A stretch of DNA of 64,000 nucleotides from Chitinophaga pinensis (lineage in GTDB: Bacteria; Bacteroidota; Bacteroidia; Flavobacteriales_D; Crocinitomicaceae): NCBI GenBank assembly GCA_943327315.2, contig CALPWQ020000001.1, positions 627 through 64,626 of the forward strand, given 5' to 3'. This document shows, in pieces, positions 40,782 to 49,602 of this stretch. The position numbers were made by a program, and so were the translations under genes. The first letter of the stretch is position 1; each line of letters opens with the position of its first letter. The notes under the pieces are model-generated. The model was not told where the DNA came from and did not search any database. It worked only from the letters and a program-made list of their open reading frames with translations.

Positions 40782-42134
40782 TTACTTCGAAGCGAGCTCA
40801 ACGAAGGCATCGTAAGAGATTTCTTTCTCTGACAATTTCACAGTGCTTTTGAAATAATCTGTTAATTTTTGCTCTGCTAGCATGTCGTAAATCCGAGTTG
40901 CTTCCTCTTTGTTTCCAAGAACTTGAAGCGCTGATTGCGTCAATTCGTTATCGTCAGGTGCAGGAATACCGTACTGTGCGTAATTGCTCACCAACAATCC
41001 CTTTGTGAACCCGATTACCTCTTGGTTATCCAACTTGATTTCGTTGTTTTTAAAGATACTCGTTTGAATCAATTGCCATTTTAAACTCTTCGCATAGCCA
41101 TCGTATTCTGCAGTCAATTGTTCGTCAGAAATTGGTTTATCATTGGACAATTTAATCCAGCGCTTCAAGAATGCATCTGGCAATTGAATGGCTGTTTTTT
41201 CCAACAACTCCTCATAAATCGTTCGTGTCAACAAGCGATCTGAATCATTTGCAAACATATTTCGAAGATCTGCAGCAATGCGTTCTTTCAATTCTTTTTC
41301 AGACGAAATAGCTCCCTCACCAAACAAACGGTCAAAAAGTTCTTGATTGAGTTCAGCCGCTTCCATGTGCTTTATCTCATTGATGGTCATTTGGAATTGA
41401 TCAGAAATTGCATCCAATGCAGATTCTTGGATGCCAAGCATTGATGCTGTATCGCTTCCGCCGCGAGAAACATGCGCTGGATTAACGCGAACTTTGTCCC
41501 CGATTGCTTTGCCCTCTAATGCTTTTTTCGTCTCAGCATCCTTCACAAATTCCATAGAGATGGTTGAAGAATGAAGAATTCCTCCTTCTTTAATTTCTCC
41601 TTCTGCATTTAATTCGACGAATTGTGCCAAAATCATATCTTTTTCACCGACAGTATCTGTGGAGATTAACTTTCCATAGCGACGCGATAGGTCTTCAATT
41701 TGTTTCGAAATGAGCGCATCATCAATTTTCACTTTCACATGATCGAATTTGCTTTTCGACGACAAGGGAAGTTCGAATTTAGGACTCAAGCCAATTTCAA
41801 ACTGAAAAGTAAAATTTTCGGGCTTGTCAAAATTGCCATCCACGTCGTTGCCAGCTTTTGGAATAGGATTCCCAAGAATATCGATTTTGTTCTCTGCGAT
41901 AAACGTGTACAGACCATCGTTGACAATTTTATTGAGTTCATCTGCAAGGACGCCCTTACCGTATTGTTTTTGCACGATTCCGAAAGGCACATGACCCGGA
42001 CGGAAACCAGGTATCTTTGCCGTTTTGCGGTGTTTTTCCAATGTTGATTTCACCTTGTCCTGATAATCTCCAGGCACGATTTCAACCTTCAACAATGCAT
42101 TCAATGCATCGACATCTTGACGAGTTACATTCAT
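40782..42134 (-). CDS. tig: trigger factor
   Basis: 450 aa, with N-terminal ribosome-binding motif IPGFRPGHVP. Confidence 0.92.
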   Translation of the reverse strand: MNVTRQDVDALNALLKVEIVPGDYQDKVKSTLEKHRKTAKIPGFRPGHVPFGIVQKQYGKGVLADELNKIVNDGLYTFIAENKIDILGNPIPKAGNDVDGNFDKPENFTFQFEIGLSPKFELPLSSKSKFDHVKVKIDDALISKQIEDLSRRYGKLISTDTVGEKDMILAQFVELNAEGEIKEGGILHSSTISMEFVKDAETKKALEGKAIGDKVRVNPAHVSRGGSDTASMLGIQESALDAISDQFQMTINEIKHMEAAELNQELFDRLFGEGAISSEKELKERIAADLRNMFANDSDRLLTRTIYEELLEKTAIQLPDAFLKRWIKLSNDKPISDEQLTAEYDGYAKSLKWQLIQTSIFKNNEIKLDNQEVIGFTKGLLVSNYAQYGIPAPDDNELTQSALQVLGNKEEATRIYDMLAEQKLTDYFKSTVKLSEKEISYDAFVELASK

Positions 42135-42194
42135 TTTAATTTCAATTATAGCTTAAACAAAAAAGGTCTCGTTTATCAACGAGACCATTTTCAG

Positions 42195-42276
42195 TGCGGA
42201 TGGAGGGACTCGAACCCGCATACCTCTCGGCACCAGATCCTAAGTCTGGCGTGTCTACCAATTTCACCACATCCGC
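42195..42276 (-). tRNA. tRNA-Leu (anticodon TAG)
   Basis: The reverse complement folds as a cloverleaf: acceptor GCGGATG/CATCCGC, anticodon stem CCAGA/TCTGG with loop CTTAGGA, long variable arm, T-arm GGGTTCGAGTCCC. No encoded CCA. Confidence 0.93.
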
Positions 42277-42330
42277 AAATTTATTTCAAATCAGGTGGTC
42301 CGTATGACTCTACCCTCCCTTTCGGGATTG

Positions 42331-42338
42331 CAAAGATA
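42331..42338 (-). promoter_or_regulatory. -7 promoter box TATCTTTG upstream of tRNA-Leu
   Basis: Exact TAnnTTTG about 55 nt upstream of the tRNA 5' end. Confidence 0.4.
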
Positions 42339-42483
42339 ATGGTTTTTATTTAGAGAATGAAAAATGAATACAGGAAAAAATGAATTTTGCATTGAACACC
42401 TCTTCTTTTTGTGGAAAAGTCGTGATAACTGAATTCTGAAAGCATAGGTGTTCGGTGTAAATTTGTGGCATTCAATTTTGGCA

Positions 42484-43380
42484 ATGATTACATTAGACCC
42501 TAAAACGCTTCCTATACCCAAAGTCCACCAGTATCTTTTAGGTGCTATCGGACCACGACCAATCGCGTTTGCATCCACCATCGATGCTGAAGGGAATCAC
42601 AACCTGGCACCGTTCAGTTTTTTCAATGTGTTTAGTGCCAATCCACCGATACTCATTTTCTCTCCGGCGCGCGCTGGAAGAAGCAATACCACTAAAGACA
42701 CCTACAACAACGTGAAAGTTACTCCTGAGGTGGTAATCAATGTGGTCAATTATAATATGGTGCATCAGATGAGTTTGGCCAGTTCACCCTATCCGCCAGG
42801 AACAAGTGAATTTACAAAAGCTGGATTTACCGCTTTAGCATCTGAGACCATTAAACCCATGCGCGTTGCAGAAGCACCTGTTCAGTTTGAATGCAAGGTG
42901 AATCAAGTGATTGAGCTTGGCACTGAGGGGGGCGCTGGAAACTTGGTTATTTGCGAAGTCACGCGCATTCACATCCGTGAAGAAGTATTGGATGCGGCAG
43001 GTATGATTGACCAGAAAAAAATTGATTTGGTCGCTCGCATGGGCGGCAATTGGTATTGTCGTGCGGATGAGCATTCGATGTTCGAAATCACAAAACCAAT
43101 AACAACATGTGGAATTGGGTTCGATCACCTACCTGCAGATATTCTTGCCAGTAGCGTATTATCCCGCAACGACCTAGGTCAGCTTGCTGGGATCGAAGCT
43201 CTTCCAGACGAGACCGATGTAAATGAATACAAATTGTTAGAACTAAGCGAATTGTTCGTATCTTTAGAAGACGACGCAAGTGCCTTGGAAAATGCCCTGC
43301 ATGTGCGTGCCAAAGAATTGCTAAGTGAAAACAAACTGGACGAAGCGTGGATGACACTTTTGGCCTTTAATAATGGATGA
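42484..43380 (+). CDS. flavin reductase-like (FMN-binding split-barrel) domain protein
   Basis: LLGAIGPRPIAFASTIDAEGNHNLAPFSFFN. First ATG at 42484; the track start is GTG. Confidence 0.78.
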   Translation: MITLDPKTLPIPKVHQYLLGAIGPRPIAFASTIDAEGNHNLAPFSFFNVFSANPPILIFSPARAGRSNTTKDTYNNVKVTPEVVINVVNYNMVHQMSLASSPYPPGTSEFTKAGFTALASETIKPMRVAEAPVQFECKVNQVIELGTEGGAGNLVICEVTRIHIREEVLDAAGMIDQKKIDLVARMGGNWYCRADEHSMFEITKPITTCGIGFDHLPADILASSVLSRNDLGQLAGIEALPDETDVNEYKLLELSELFVSLEDDASALENALHVRAKELLSENKLDEAWMTLLAFNNG

Positions 43381-43406
43381 ATCAATAACAATTAAAATAA
43401 ATCAAC

Positions 43407-43823
43407 ATGTTTAAACTCACGGGATCCGTAAAAATGGTGGGCAATACCGTTCAAGTATCGGAAAAATTTTCAAAGCGCGAATTTGTGGTAACAGATGCTT
43501 CTGGCATGTATCCGCAGGACATTATGTTTCAAGCAACACAAGATAAGTGTAACTTACTTGACGGGTATCAAGCGGGTGATCAAGTAGATGTTTCTTTTAA
43601 CCTACGCGGTCGAGAATGGACGAGCCCAACAGGTGAAGTGAAATATTTCAACACACTTGAGGCATGGCGAATTGAACGTTCCAACCAAGGAGCTTCTTCT
43701 GGTCAAAATGCTGGTCAAATGCCAGGAATGGCGCCTGTAAATTTGAATCCTATTGCCGCTCCAGCAGCATCAGCCCCTGCCGCAATTTCTGAAAGCGGCG
43801 CAGATGATGACCTTCCTTTTTAA
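43407..43823 (+). CDS. DUF3127-family protein (OB-fold-like) with low-complexity tail
   Basis: KFSKREFVVTDASGMYPQDIMFQATQDKCNLLD...EWTSPTGEVKYFNTLEAWRIE pattern, as I recall for DUF3127. Confidence 0.6.
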   Translation: MFKLTGSVKMVGNTVQVSEKFSKREFVVTDASGMYPQDIMFQATQDKCNLLDGYQAGDQVDVSFNLRGREWTSPTGEVKYFNTLEAWRIERSNQGASSGQNAGQMPGMAPVNLNPIAAPAASAPAAISESGADDDLPF

Positions 43824-43847
43824 ATTAAAAAGAAAAGAAACTACGAA

Positions 43848-43871
43848 AGCCGGTGCTCCCGGCTTTTTTTT
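43848..43871 (+). terminator. intrinsic terminator
   Basis: AGCCGG-TGCTC-CCGGCT followed by T8. Confidence 0.75.
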
Positions 43872-43900
43872 GTGCTTAAAAATGATGGTTTTGTGCGGGC

Positions 43901-44260
43901 CTAAAGAATAGTGATATACCCCGTTACATCGATGTATTCCTGAGAATTGTATTTGCGGTAGTGAATTTTATAAAAATAAGTGCCTTCACCAAACACCTGA
44001 ACCTCTTGATTTTTCTTTCCCGTTCGGGCATTTACATCCAAATCAAAGGGTGTCATGAATGTTTTTGCTTCGTACACCAACTGTCCCCAACGCGAGTAGA
44101 TTTGAATCGAAAATTCAGCCAAATCACATGAACAAGCAATCACCAATTTATCCGCATTCGCTTTTGAAAGGGAGGATGGCAGTGTCATGCAGGTGTCCTT
44201 TTGCTGCGCAGAAGCAAAGAATACAACAAAGAGAACACACAAGGAAAGAAAAATTCTCAT
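43901..44260 (-). CDS. small secreted protein consisting almost only of a T9SS type B-like sorting domain
   Basis: ATG at 44260 gives signal peptide MRIFLSLCVLFVVFFASAQQ. IQIYSRWGQLVYEA...GEGTYFYKIHY...GYITIL parallels the C-terminus of the 20617..21954 protein. Confidence 0.6.
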   Translation of the reverse strand: MRIFLSLCVLFVVFFASAQQKDTCMTLPSSLSKANADKLVIACSCDLAEFSIQIYSRWGQLVYEAKTFMTPFDLDVNARTGKKNQEVQVFGEGTYFYKIHYRKYNSQEYIDVTGYITIL

Positions 44261-44312
44261 CTTTTTTTTTCTCAAAAATAAGCATAAACCAACTTCACAC
44301 GCATCAAGGGAC

Positions 44313-44320
44313 TATCTTTG
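44313..44320 (+). promoter_or_regulatory. -7 promoter box TATCTTTG upstream of the ABC-F gene
   Basis: Exact TAnnTTTG, 20 nt upstream of the ATG at 44340. Confidence 0.4.
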
Positions 44321-44339
44321 CGCCCTTAAATAACAAGTT

Positions 44340-45971
44340 ATGATTTCAGTTGACGGTCTTTCGGTAGAGTTCAGTGGAAAAATCCTGTTTAGCGATGTTA
44401 GCTTTGTCATCAATGACAACGATAAGATTGCACTAATGGGAAAAAATGGTGCAGGAAAATCTACCCTACTGAAAATACTTGCAGGCCAAAACAAGCCAAC
44501 AAAAGGCAGTGTTTCTTCTCCTAAAGGTACCGTCATCGCTTATTTGCCGCAGCATTTGCTTACAGCAGACGATTGTACCGTATTCGAGGAAACGTCGAAG
44601 GCCTTTCAAGAAATTTTCGCCATGAAGGCTGAAATGGACGAAATCAACCACCAGTTGACTGTGCGCACCGACTACGATTCTGACGATTACATGAAACTGA
44701 TTGAACAAGTTTCAGAACTCAGTGAAAAATACTACTCCATCGAAGAAATCAACTATGATGGTGAAGTCGAAAAAACACTAAAAGGTCTTGGATTTGAACG
44801 TGAGGATTTTGATCGTTCGACCTCCGAATTTAGTGGCGGTTGGAGAATGCGCATCGAATTGGCAAAAATCCTACTGCGCAAACCCGACCTCATCCTGCTC
44901 GATGAGCCAACCAATCACCTCGACATTGAATCCATACAGTGGTTGGAAAACTTCCTTACTGAACAAGCCAAAGCTGTGGTTGTGATTTCCCACGACCGCG
45001 CCTTTGTTGACAACATCACCACCCGCACGATCGAAGTGACAATGGGTAGAATTTACGATTACAAAGCAAAATATTCCCATTACCTTGAATTGCGCAAAGA
45101 ACGACGCGAACAGCAACAAAAACAATACGACGAGCAGCAAAAATTCATCGCTGAGACAAGCGAATTTATTGAACGTTTCAAGGGTACCTATTCAAAAACA
45201 TTGCAAGTGCAATCGCGCGTAAAAATGATTGAGAAACTCGACATCATTGAAGTTGATGAGGTCGATACATCTGCACTGCGCCTTCGATTCCCCCCTGCCC
45301 CTCGTTCGGGGAATTATCCAGTAATCGTTGAAGATTTAGGTAAAAAATACGGCAATCATGTGGTCTTCAACAATGCCTCAATGACCATCGAACGCGGGCA
45401 GAAATTGGCCTTTGTTGGCAAGAACGGTGAGGGAAAATCGACCATGATTAAAGCCATCATGAACGAAATTGACTTCACTGGCACCTTGCAACTCGGTCAT
45501 AACATTAAGATTGGCTATTTCGCTCAAAACCAGGCCGCATTGCTTGATGAGGAACTGTCTATTTTTGAAACCATTGACTATATTGCCGTAGGGGATATTC
45601 GCACCAAAATCAAGGATATCTTGGGTGCATTTATGTTCGGTGGAGAAACAAGTGCAAAGAAAGTAAAGGTTCTTTCTGGAGGAGAGCGCACACGATTGGC
45701 CATGATCAAACTTCTTTTAGAGCCAGTCAATTTGTTGATACTCGATGAGCCAACCAATCACCTCGACATGAAAACCAAAGACATCATCAAAGATGCTTTG
45801 CGCAATTTCGATGGTACACTGATCATCGTTTCTCACGACCGCGATTTCTTGGATGGGCTTGTCACGAAAGTTTTTGAATTTGGCCATAAGCGCGTGAAAG
45901 AGCATTTCGAAGACATCAAAGGATTCTTAGAAAAGAAAAAGATGGAGTCGCTTCGAGAAATTGAAAAGTAA
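44340..45971 (+). CDS. ABC-F family ATPase (tandem ABC cassettes, no TM domain)
   Basis: Walker A GKNGAGKST and GKNGEGKST, signatures FSGGWRMR and LSGGERTR, inter-domain linker. Confidence 0.92.
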   Translation: MISVDGLSVEFSGKILFSDVSFVINDNDKIALMGKNGAGKSTLLKILAGQNKPTKGSVSSPKGTVIAYLPQHLLTADDCTVFEETSKAFQEIFAMKAEMDEINHQLTVRTDYDSDDYMKLIEQVSELSEKYYSIEEINYDGEVEKTLKGLGFEREDFDRSTSEFSGGWRMRIELAKILLRKPDLILLDEPTNHLDIESIQWLENFLTEQAKAVVVISHDRAFVDNITTRTIEVTMGRIYDYKAKYSHYLELRKERREQQQKQYDEQQKFIAETSEFIERFKGTYSKTLQVQSRVKMIEKLDIIEVDEVDTSALRLRFPPAPRSGNYPVIVEDLGKKYGNHVVFNNASMTIERGQKLAFVGKNGEGKSTMIKAIMNEIDFTGTLQLGHNIKIGYFAQNQAALLDEELSIFETIDYIAVGDIRTKIKDILGAFMFGGETSAKKVKVLSGGERTRLAMIKLLLEPVNLLILDEPTNHLDMKTKDIIKDALRNFDGTLIIVSHDRDFLDGLVTKVFEFGHKRVKEHFEDIKGFLEKKKMESLREIEK

Positions 45972-45977
45972 TGTCTT

Positions 45978-47087
45978 CTAGAAATTTCGGTTCAATTTTC
46001 TACCCTTCCATTTCGGTTTAAACCAGTACATCATACTCAATATGAGCACGGTGTATACTGGGAAAAGCAACTCGTAAACAGGAATAAAAAACCAGGAAGA
46101 CAAGCGTTTTATTCGCTGAAAATAGGGATAGAATAGAAGCATATCTATGGCCGTCTTTGCTGCGAAAACTGAACAAAAAGACCCCCATTCTCTTGCCATT
46201 CCTTTTGAAACGAGCAGTGCCACAAATGCGAAAGTCAATAGGGCTTGAACGATGGCCAGGGAAGTGCTCAAATGATCTTTTACATCACCTGTTTTTGCCA
46301 ACCATCTCAAGCGCTGATGGATAAATTCCAAAAATGATTGCGGTGTTTCTGTGCGAACGGCCAATGCTGAATCTGTTATTAAGCGCACATCCGCCTTACC
46401 CTCCCTAAAGTCCCTTAACAGATAAATATCATCACCACTTGGCATATGCTGGTGACGCGCAATGTGATCTAAACGTTCAAAAGCCTTCCTGCTGTACAAG
46501 AGATTCGCACCACTTGCCATGATTGGACGCTTCCACCCTGCCAATCCACAATTTGCTGCGTTGACTAAAATTAAATCCACTTCGTACAGATGCTCATACC
46601 AGCGTTGGGCAACCATCACTGCTGGAAGGATATACATATCTGCGTGTTCCAAAGTCGAAAGCGTCGAGAAATACGCATTCGCAAAAGACACATCGGCATC
46701 CATCGACAAAATCCATTGCCCACTGCTTTCGCTTATTCCACGTCGAATCGCTACTTTTTTTCCTTCCTCATGATCTGTTAAAGCAATCACCGTCGGATGT
46801 TTCCCTTGCCATTTCTTTTCAATTATTTCAGCTGAACCATCATCGGAATGGTCATCCACGAAGACATATTCTGCAGGATTTATCTTTGCTTGCTGAATCG
46901 ACTCAAGTAGTGGTATTAAGCGTGATGCCTCATTTCGAAAAGGGATAATTACAGATACCTGTTCATTCAACACCTTTTGATGACCAGTAACATAGTGCTT
47001 TTCCTTTCGCCGTTGAAGGAAATATCCAAACCCAATAATTCCAGTCATTATCCCTCCATACATCAAAAAAAACAGACATTCCATCAT
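45978..47087 (-). CDS. family 2 glycosyltransferase with C-terminal TM helices
   Basis: VSVIIPFRNE...VDDHSDDGS...MDADV...PSGDDIYL. The ATG at 47087 overlaps the upstream stop (ATGA). Confidence 0.8.
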   Translation of the reverse strand: MMECLFFLMYGGIMTGIIGFGYFLQRRKEKHYVTGHQKVLNEQVSVIIPFRNEASRLIPLLESIQQAKINPAEYVFVDDHSDDGSAEIIEKKWQGKHPTVIALTDHEEGKKVAIRRGISESSGQWILSMDADVSFANAYFSTLSTLEHADMYILPAVMVAQRWYEHLYEVDLILVNAANCGLAGWKRPIMASGANLLYSRKAFERLDHIARHQHMPSGDDIYLLRDFREGKADVRLITDSALAVRTETPQSFLEFIHQRLRWLAKTGDVKDHLSTSLAIVQALLTFAFVALLVSKGMAREWGSFCSVFAAKTAIDMLLFYPYFQRIKRLSSWFFIPVYELLFPVYTVLILSMMYWFKPKWKGRKLNRNF

Positions 47088-48091
47088 GTTTTTGCACGTT
47101 TTAAAATGACCAATGAAATAACTGTTGGGAGAAACAAATTCATGGCCCAAATGGAGAATGTGGCAATTAACACGGTAAAATCGGGCATGCCGGCAGCAGC
47201 AAAAACCCAAACCGCAACAGATTCACGCACACCCAATTTTCCTAGGAATAAAGACGGAGCCAAAGTCACCCAGAAATAGAATTGCCAAATCCATAAAACA
47301 CTTGTTGCATTCAAATCAACGTCAAAGGCATAGAGTACACAAGCAAATTGTACTGTAAAGATGAGATGACGAAAAATTCCGAGTCCGAGCATCCGAATTC
47401 TCAAATCTTTGTTGCGCTCAAGAAGCGCAAGTAAACCACTTACAAATGTTCGCTTGCGTATGAATTTCAGCAGCCATTCCATTCGAAAATACAGCACTAG
47501 AAATACACAAGAAACAAGTGCGATGAGGAAATAAGTGGCCGTTCCAAGAGGTGATTCGAAAGGCAATTTTTGAAGCAGGATTACTCCTAATGCGCCAACA
47601 ACCATGGTCACTACGAACTGTGACATGCTTCCTATCAGCGTAAGTAAGGTAAGTTGAACTCGGTGCTTTCGGTCGAAATAAAGAATTCTTCCGATGAAGT
47701 TACCTAGCATATTGGGCGTGAGCATACCTGTGACCATACCGGCTAAAAAACTATGGAAGACCGTAGATTTTTCGCTTTGCAGCCCTGCACAATCCAGTGT
47801 CAAAGTCCATTTTCGCCATTCCGTCCACCAATTAAGCGGCATCAATAGGATGCCAATGATCAAAAAACCTAGATGTTTTAGATTCATCTCATCCTGATTC
47901 CAATCCTGATTTTTAAAGCGTTGAATCAAGAAAAAAATGAGCGTGACAAGCGCAAGCAATTTGAGGAAATTGAAGATTGTCTGCCTATTTTTTATAGCTT
48001 TAGCCAACGAAGAAAATTTTGAATGGTTGAAGATAAGATTATTCTCGGAATTGACCCCGGAACCACGATTATGGGATATGGACTTATTCAT
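47084..48091 (-). CDS. flippase-like / lysylphosphatidylglycerol-synthase TM-region (UPF0104) family membrane protein
   Basis: About 8 TM helices. Operonic with the GT2 gene. Start uncertain: GTG 48157, ATG 48091 or TTG 48007; the first two overlap ruvC on the opposite strand. Confidence 0.65.
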   Translation of the reverse strand: MNKSISHNRGSGVNSENNLIFNHSKFSSLAKAIKNRQTIFNFLKLLALVTLIFFLIQRFKNQDWNQDEMNLKHLGFLIIGILLMPLNWWTEWRKWTLTLDCAGLQSEKSTVFHSFLAGMVTGMLTPNMLGNFIGRILYFDRKHRVQLTLLTLIGSMSQFVVTMVVGALGVILLQKLPFESPLGTATYFLIALVSCVFLVLYFRMEWLLKFIRKRTFVSGLLALLERNKDLRIRMLGLGIFRHLIFTVQFACVLYAFDVDLNATSVLWIWQFYFWVTLAPSLFLGKLGVRESVAVWVFAAAGMPDFTVLIATFSIWAMNLFLPTVISLVILKRAKT

Positions 48092-48580
48092 GTGCAGAAA
48101 AATCAATTGACCATGCTCAACTTCGGCATTGTGCAACTGAACAAATTGCCAACGCACCCCGACAAGCTCAAGCGGATCTTCGACCGAGTATCAGGAATAA
48201 TTCAAGAGTACCATCCAGATGAATTGGCCATTGAAGCGCCATTTTTTGGGAAAAATGTGCAATCCATGTTAAAACTTGGACGCGCTCAAGGTGTGGCGAT
48301 CGCTGCAGGATTAAGTCACAACATTCCTTTTGAAGAATATTCACCAAAGCGGGTAAAACAAGCCGTTACTGGCAGTGGAAGTGCCTCAAAGGAACAGGTG
48401 GCGGCCATGTTGCAAAAGCTCCTTAAATTCGAAGAGATGCCAAAGTATCTTGATGCAACGGACGGATTGGCCGTTGCTGTTTGTCACCATTTCTCGAAAG
48501 GCATTGGTGAACACAATAAAGCGAAGGGTGGTGGATGGGATTCCTTCATTCGCCAAAATCCAGACCGTAAAAAAGAATAG
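48023..48580 (+). CDS. ruvC: crossover junction endodeoxyribonuclease RuvC
   Basis: IILGIDPGTTIMGYG...ELAIEAPFFGKNVQS...AKEQV...DATDGLAVAVCH. Confidence 0.93.
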   Translation: MVEDKIILGIDPGTTIMGYGLIHVQKNQLTMLNFGIVQLNKLPTHPDKLKRIFDRVSGIIQEYHPDELAIEAPFFGKNVQSMLKLGRAQGVAIAAGLSHNIPFEEYSPKRVKQAVTGSGSASKEQVAAMLQKLLKFEEMPKYLDATDGLAVAVCHHFSKGIGEHNKAKGGGWDSFIRQNPDRKKE

Positions 48581-48581
48581 C

Positions 48582-49226
48582 ATGAGTGGAGAACAGCGCT
48601 CCAAAATTGTGTTTTGGCCCCTTATCTCAATCGGCGGAATCCTCCTTTTTATGGTCTTATATCTGCTCGCTGCCTTCAAGTATCCTGGAGGGTCAGCAGT
48701 GAATGTGCACGAACTTGGCTTCAGCTGGCGCAACAATTATTGGTGTGAGCTGCTCGGGGAAAATGCTAAAAATGGTGACGCAAATACGGGCCGTACGTAT
48801 GGTTTGTTGGGCATGATTGTCCTGTCCATCTCCATTTCCATTTTCTGGTGGAACATTCCAACCATTGTGTACGAAAGGAGCAAATCCATTCGGAGCTTTA
48901 TGCGCTATTGCGGCATATTGTCCATGGTGTTTGCCTCCCTGATTTTCACCAATTGGCACGACGGCATCATCTATGTCGCAGTGATCTCAGGGACCATCGC
49001 TTTTACATTGCTGTTTTATGAGTTGTTTCGGAACAAGCGAGACTTCCTCTCCTACTTTGGTATTGTTTGCTTGGCGTTTATTTTCGCGAATTGCATCATC
49101 TATGTGAGCAATTTCGGCATTGACTTTCTTCCTCTGCTTCAAAAGATCACCTTTGGAATAACCTTACTATGGATCACCCTTGTCATTTTACAGTTGAAAA
49201 AACACCCCTATTCGCATACGTCATGA
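48582..49226 (+). CDS. integral membrane protein (DUF998-like, 6 TM)
   Basis: The ATG at 48582 follows the ruvC stop. The track's 48375 start overlaps ruvC and is rejected. Confidence 0.6.
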   Translation: MSGEQRSKIVFWPLISIGGILLFMVLYLLAAFKYPGGSAVNVHELGFSWRNNYWCELLGENAKNGDANTGRTYGLLGMIVLSISISIFWWNIPTIVYERSKSIRSFMRYCGILSMVFASLIFTNWHDGIIYVAVISGTIAFTLLFYELFRNKRDFLSYFGIVCLAFIFANCIIYVSNFGIDFLPLLQKITFGITLLWITLVILQLKKHPYSHTS

Positions 49227-49588
49227 TGAAAAAACATAAGCCCAACAAGAACATCCTTTCACCCAAAGACTTTGCCCTTCGGATGATCAAATTCTTTTTG
49301 ATTTCCATGAGTTTTATGGCCATTTCTCTGTTCATTGGAGTCATTGGTTACCGCCATTATGCCAACCTTTCTTGGGTTGACAGTTTTTACAATGCCTCAA
49401 TGATTCTCACGGGAATGGGACCTGGAAATGTGCTTACGACTACGGGAGGCAAAGTATTTTCATCCCTATACGCCTTATTTAGTGGAATCGTTTTTCTAAC
49501 CACCGCTGCGATTTTCATTTCACCGATTGCGCATCGACTGCTGCATGTGTTGCACGTAGATGATGAGGAACTACCTGAAGAAAATTAG
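49223..49588 (+). CDS. small 2-TM K+-channel-like pore-domain protein with divergent filter
   Basis: ATGA overlap with the upstream gene. TM1, pore-helix-like WVDSFYNASMILTGMGPGNV, then TM2 (compare canonical TxTTVGYGD). Confidence 0.6.
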   Translation: MMKKHKPNKNILSPKDFALRMIKFFLISMSFMAISLFIGVIGYRHYANLSWVDSFYNASMILTGMGPGNVLTTTGGKVFSSLYALFSGIVFLTTAAIFISPIAHRLLHVLHVDDEELPEEN

Positions 49589-49602
49589 TCTGCCTATTTG
49601 TA

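Noticed and set aside
48375-48581. N-terminal extension of the 48375..49226 ORF, and similar extensions at 61894..62091, 57778..57948, 20454..20519 and 47088..47210
   Set aside because: The extensions overlap well-supported neighbouring genes or lack coding character. In each case an internal ATG gives a proper signal peptide or N-terminus, often with a -7 box or an ATGA coupling.
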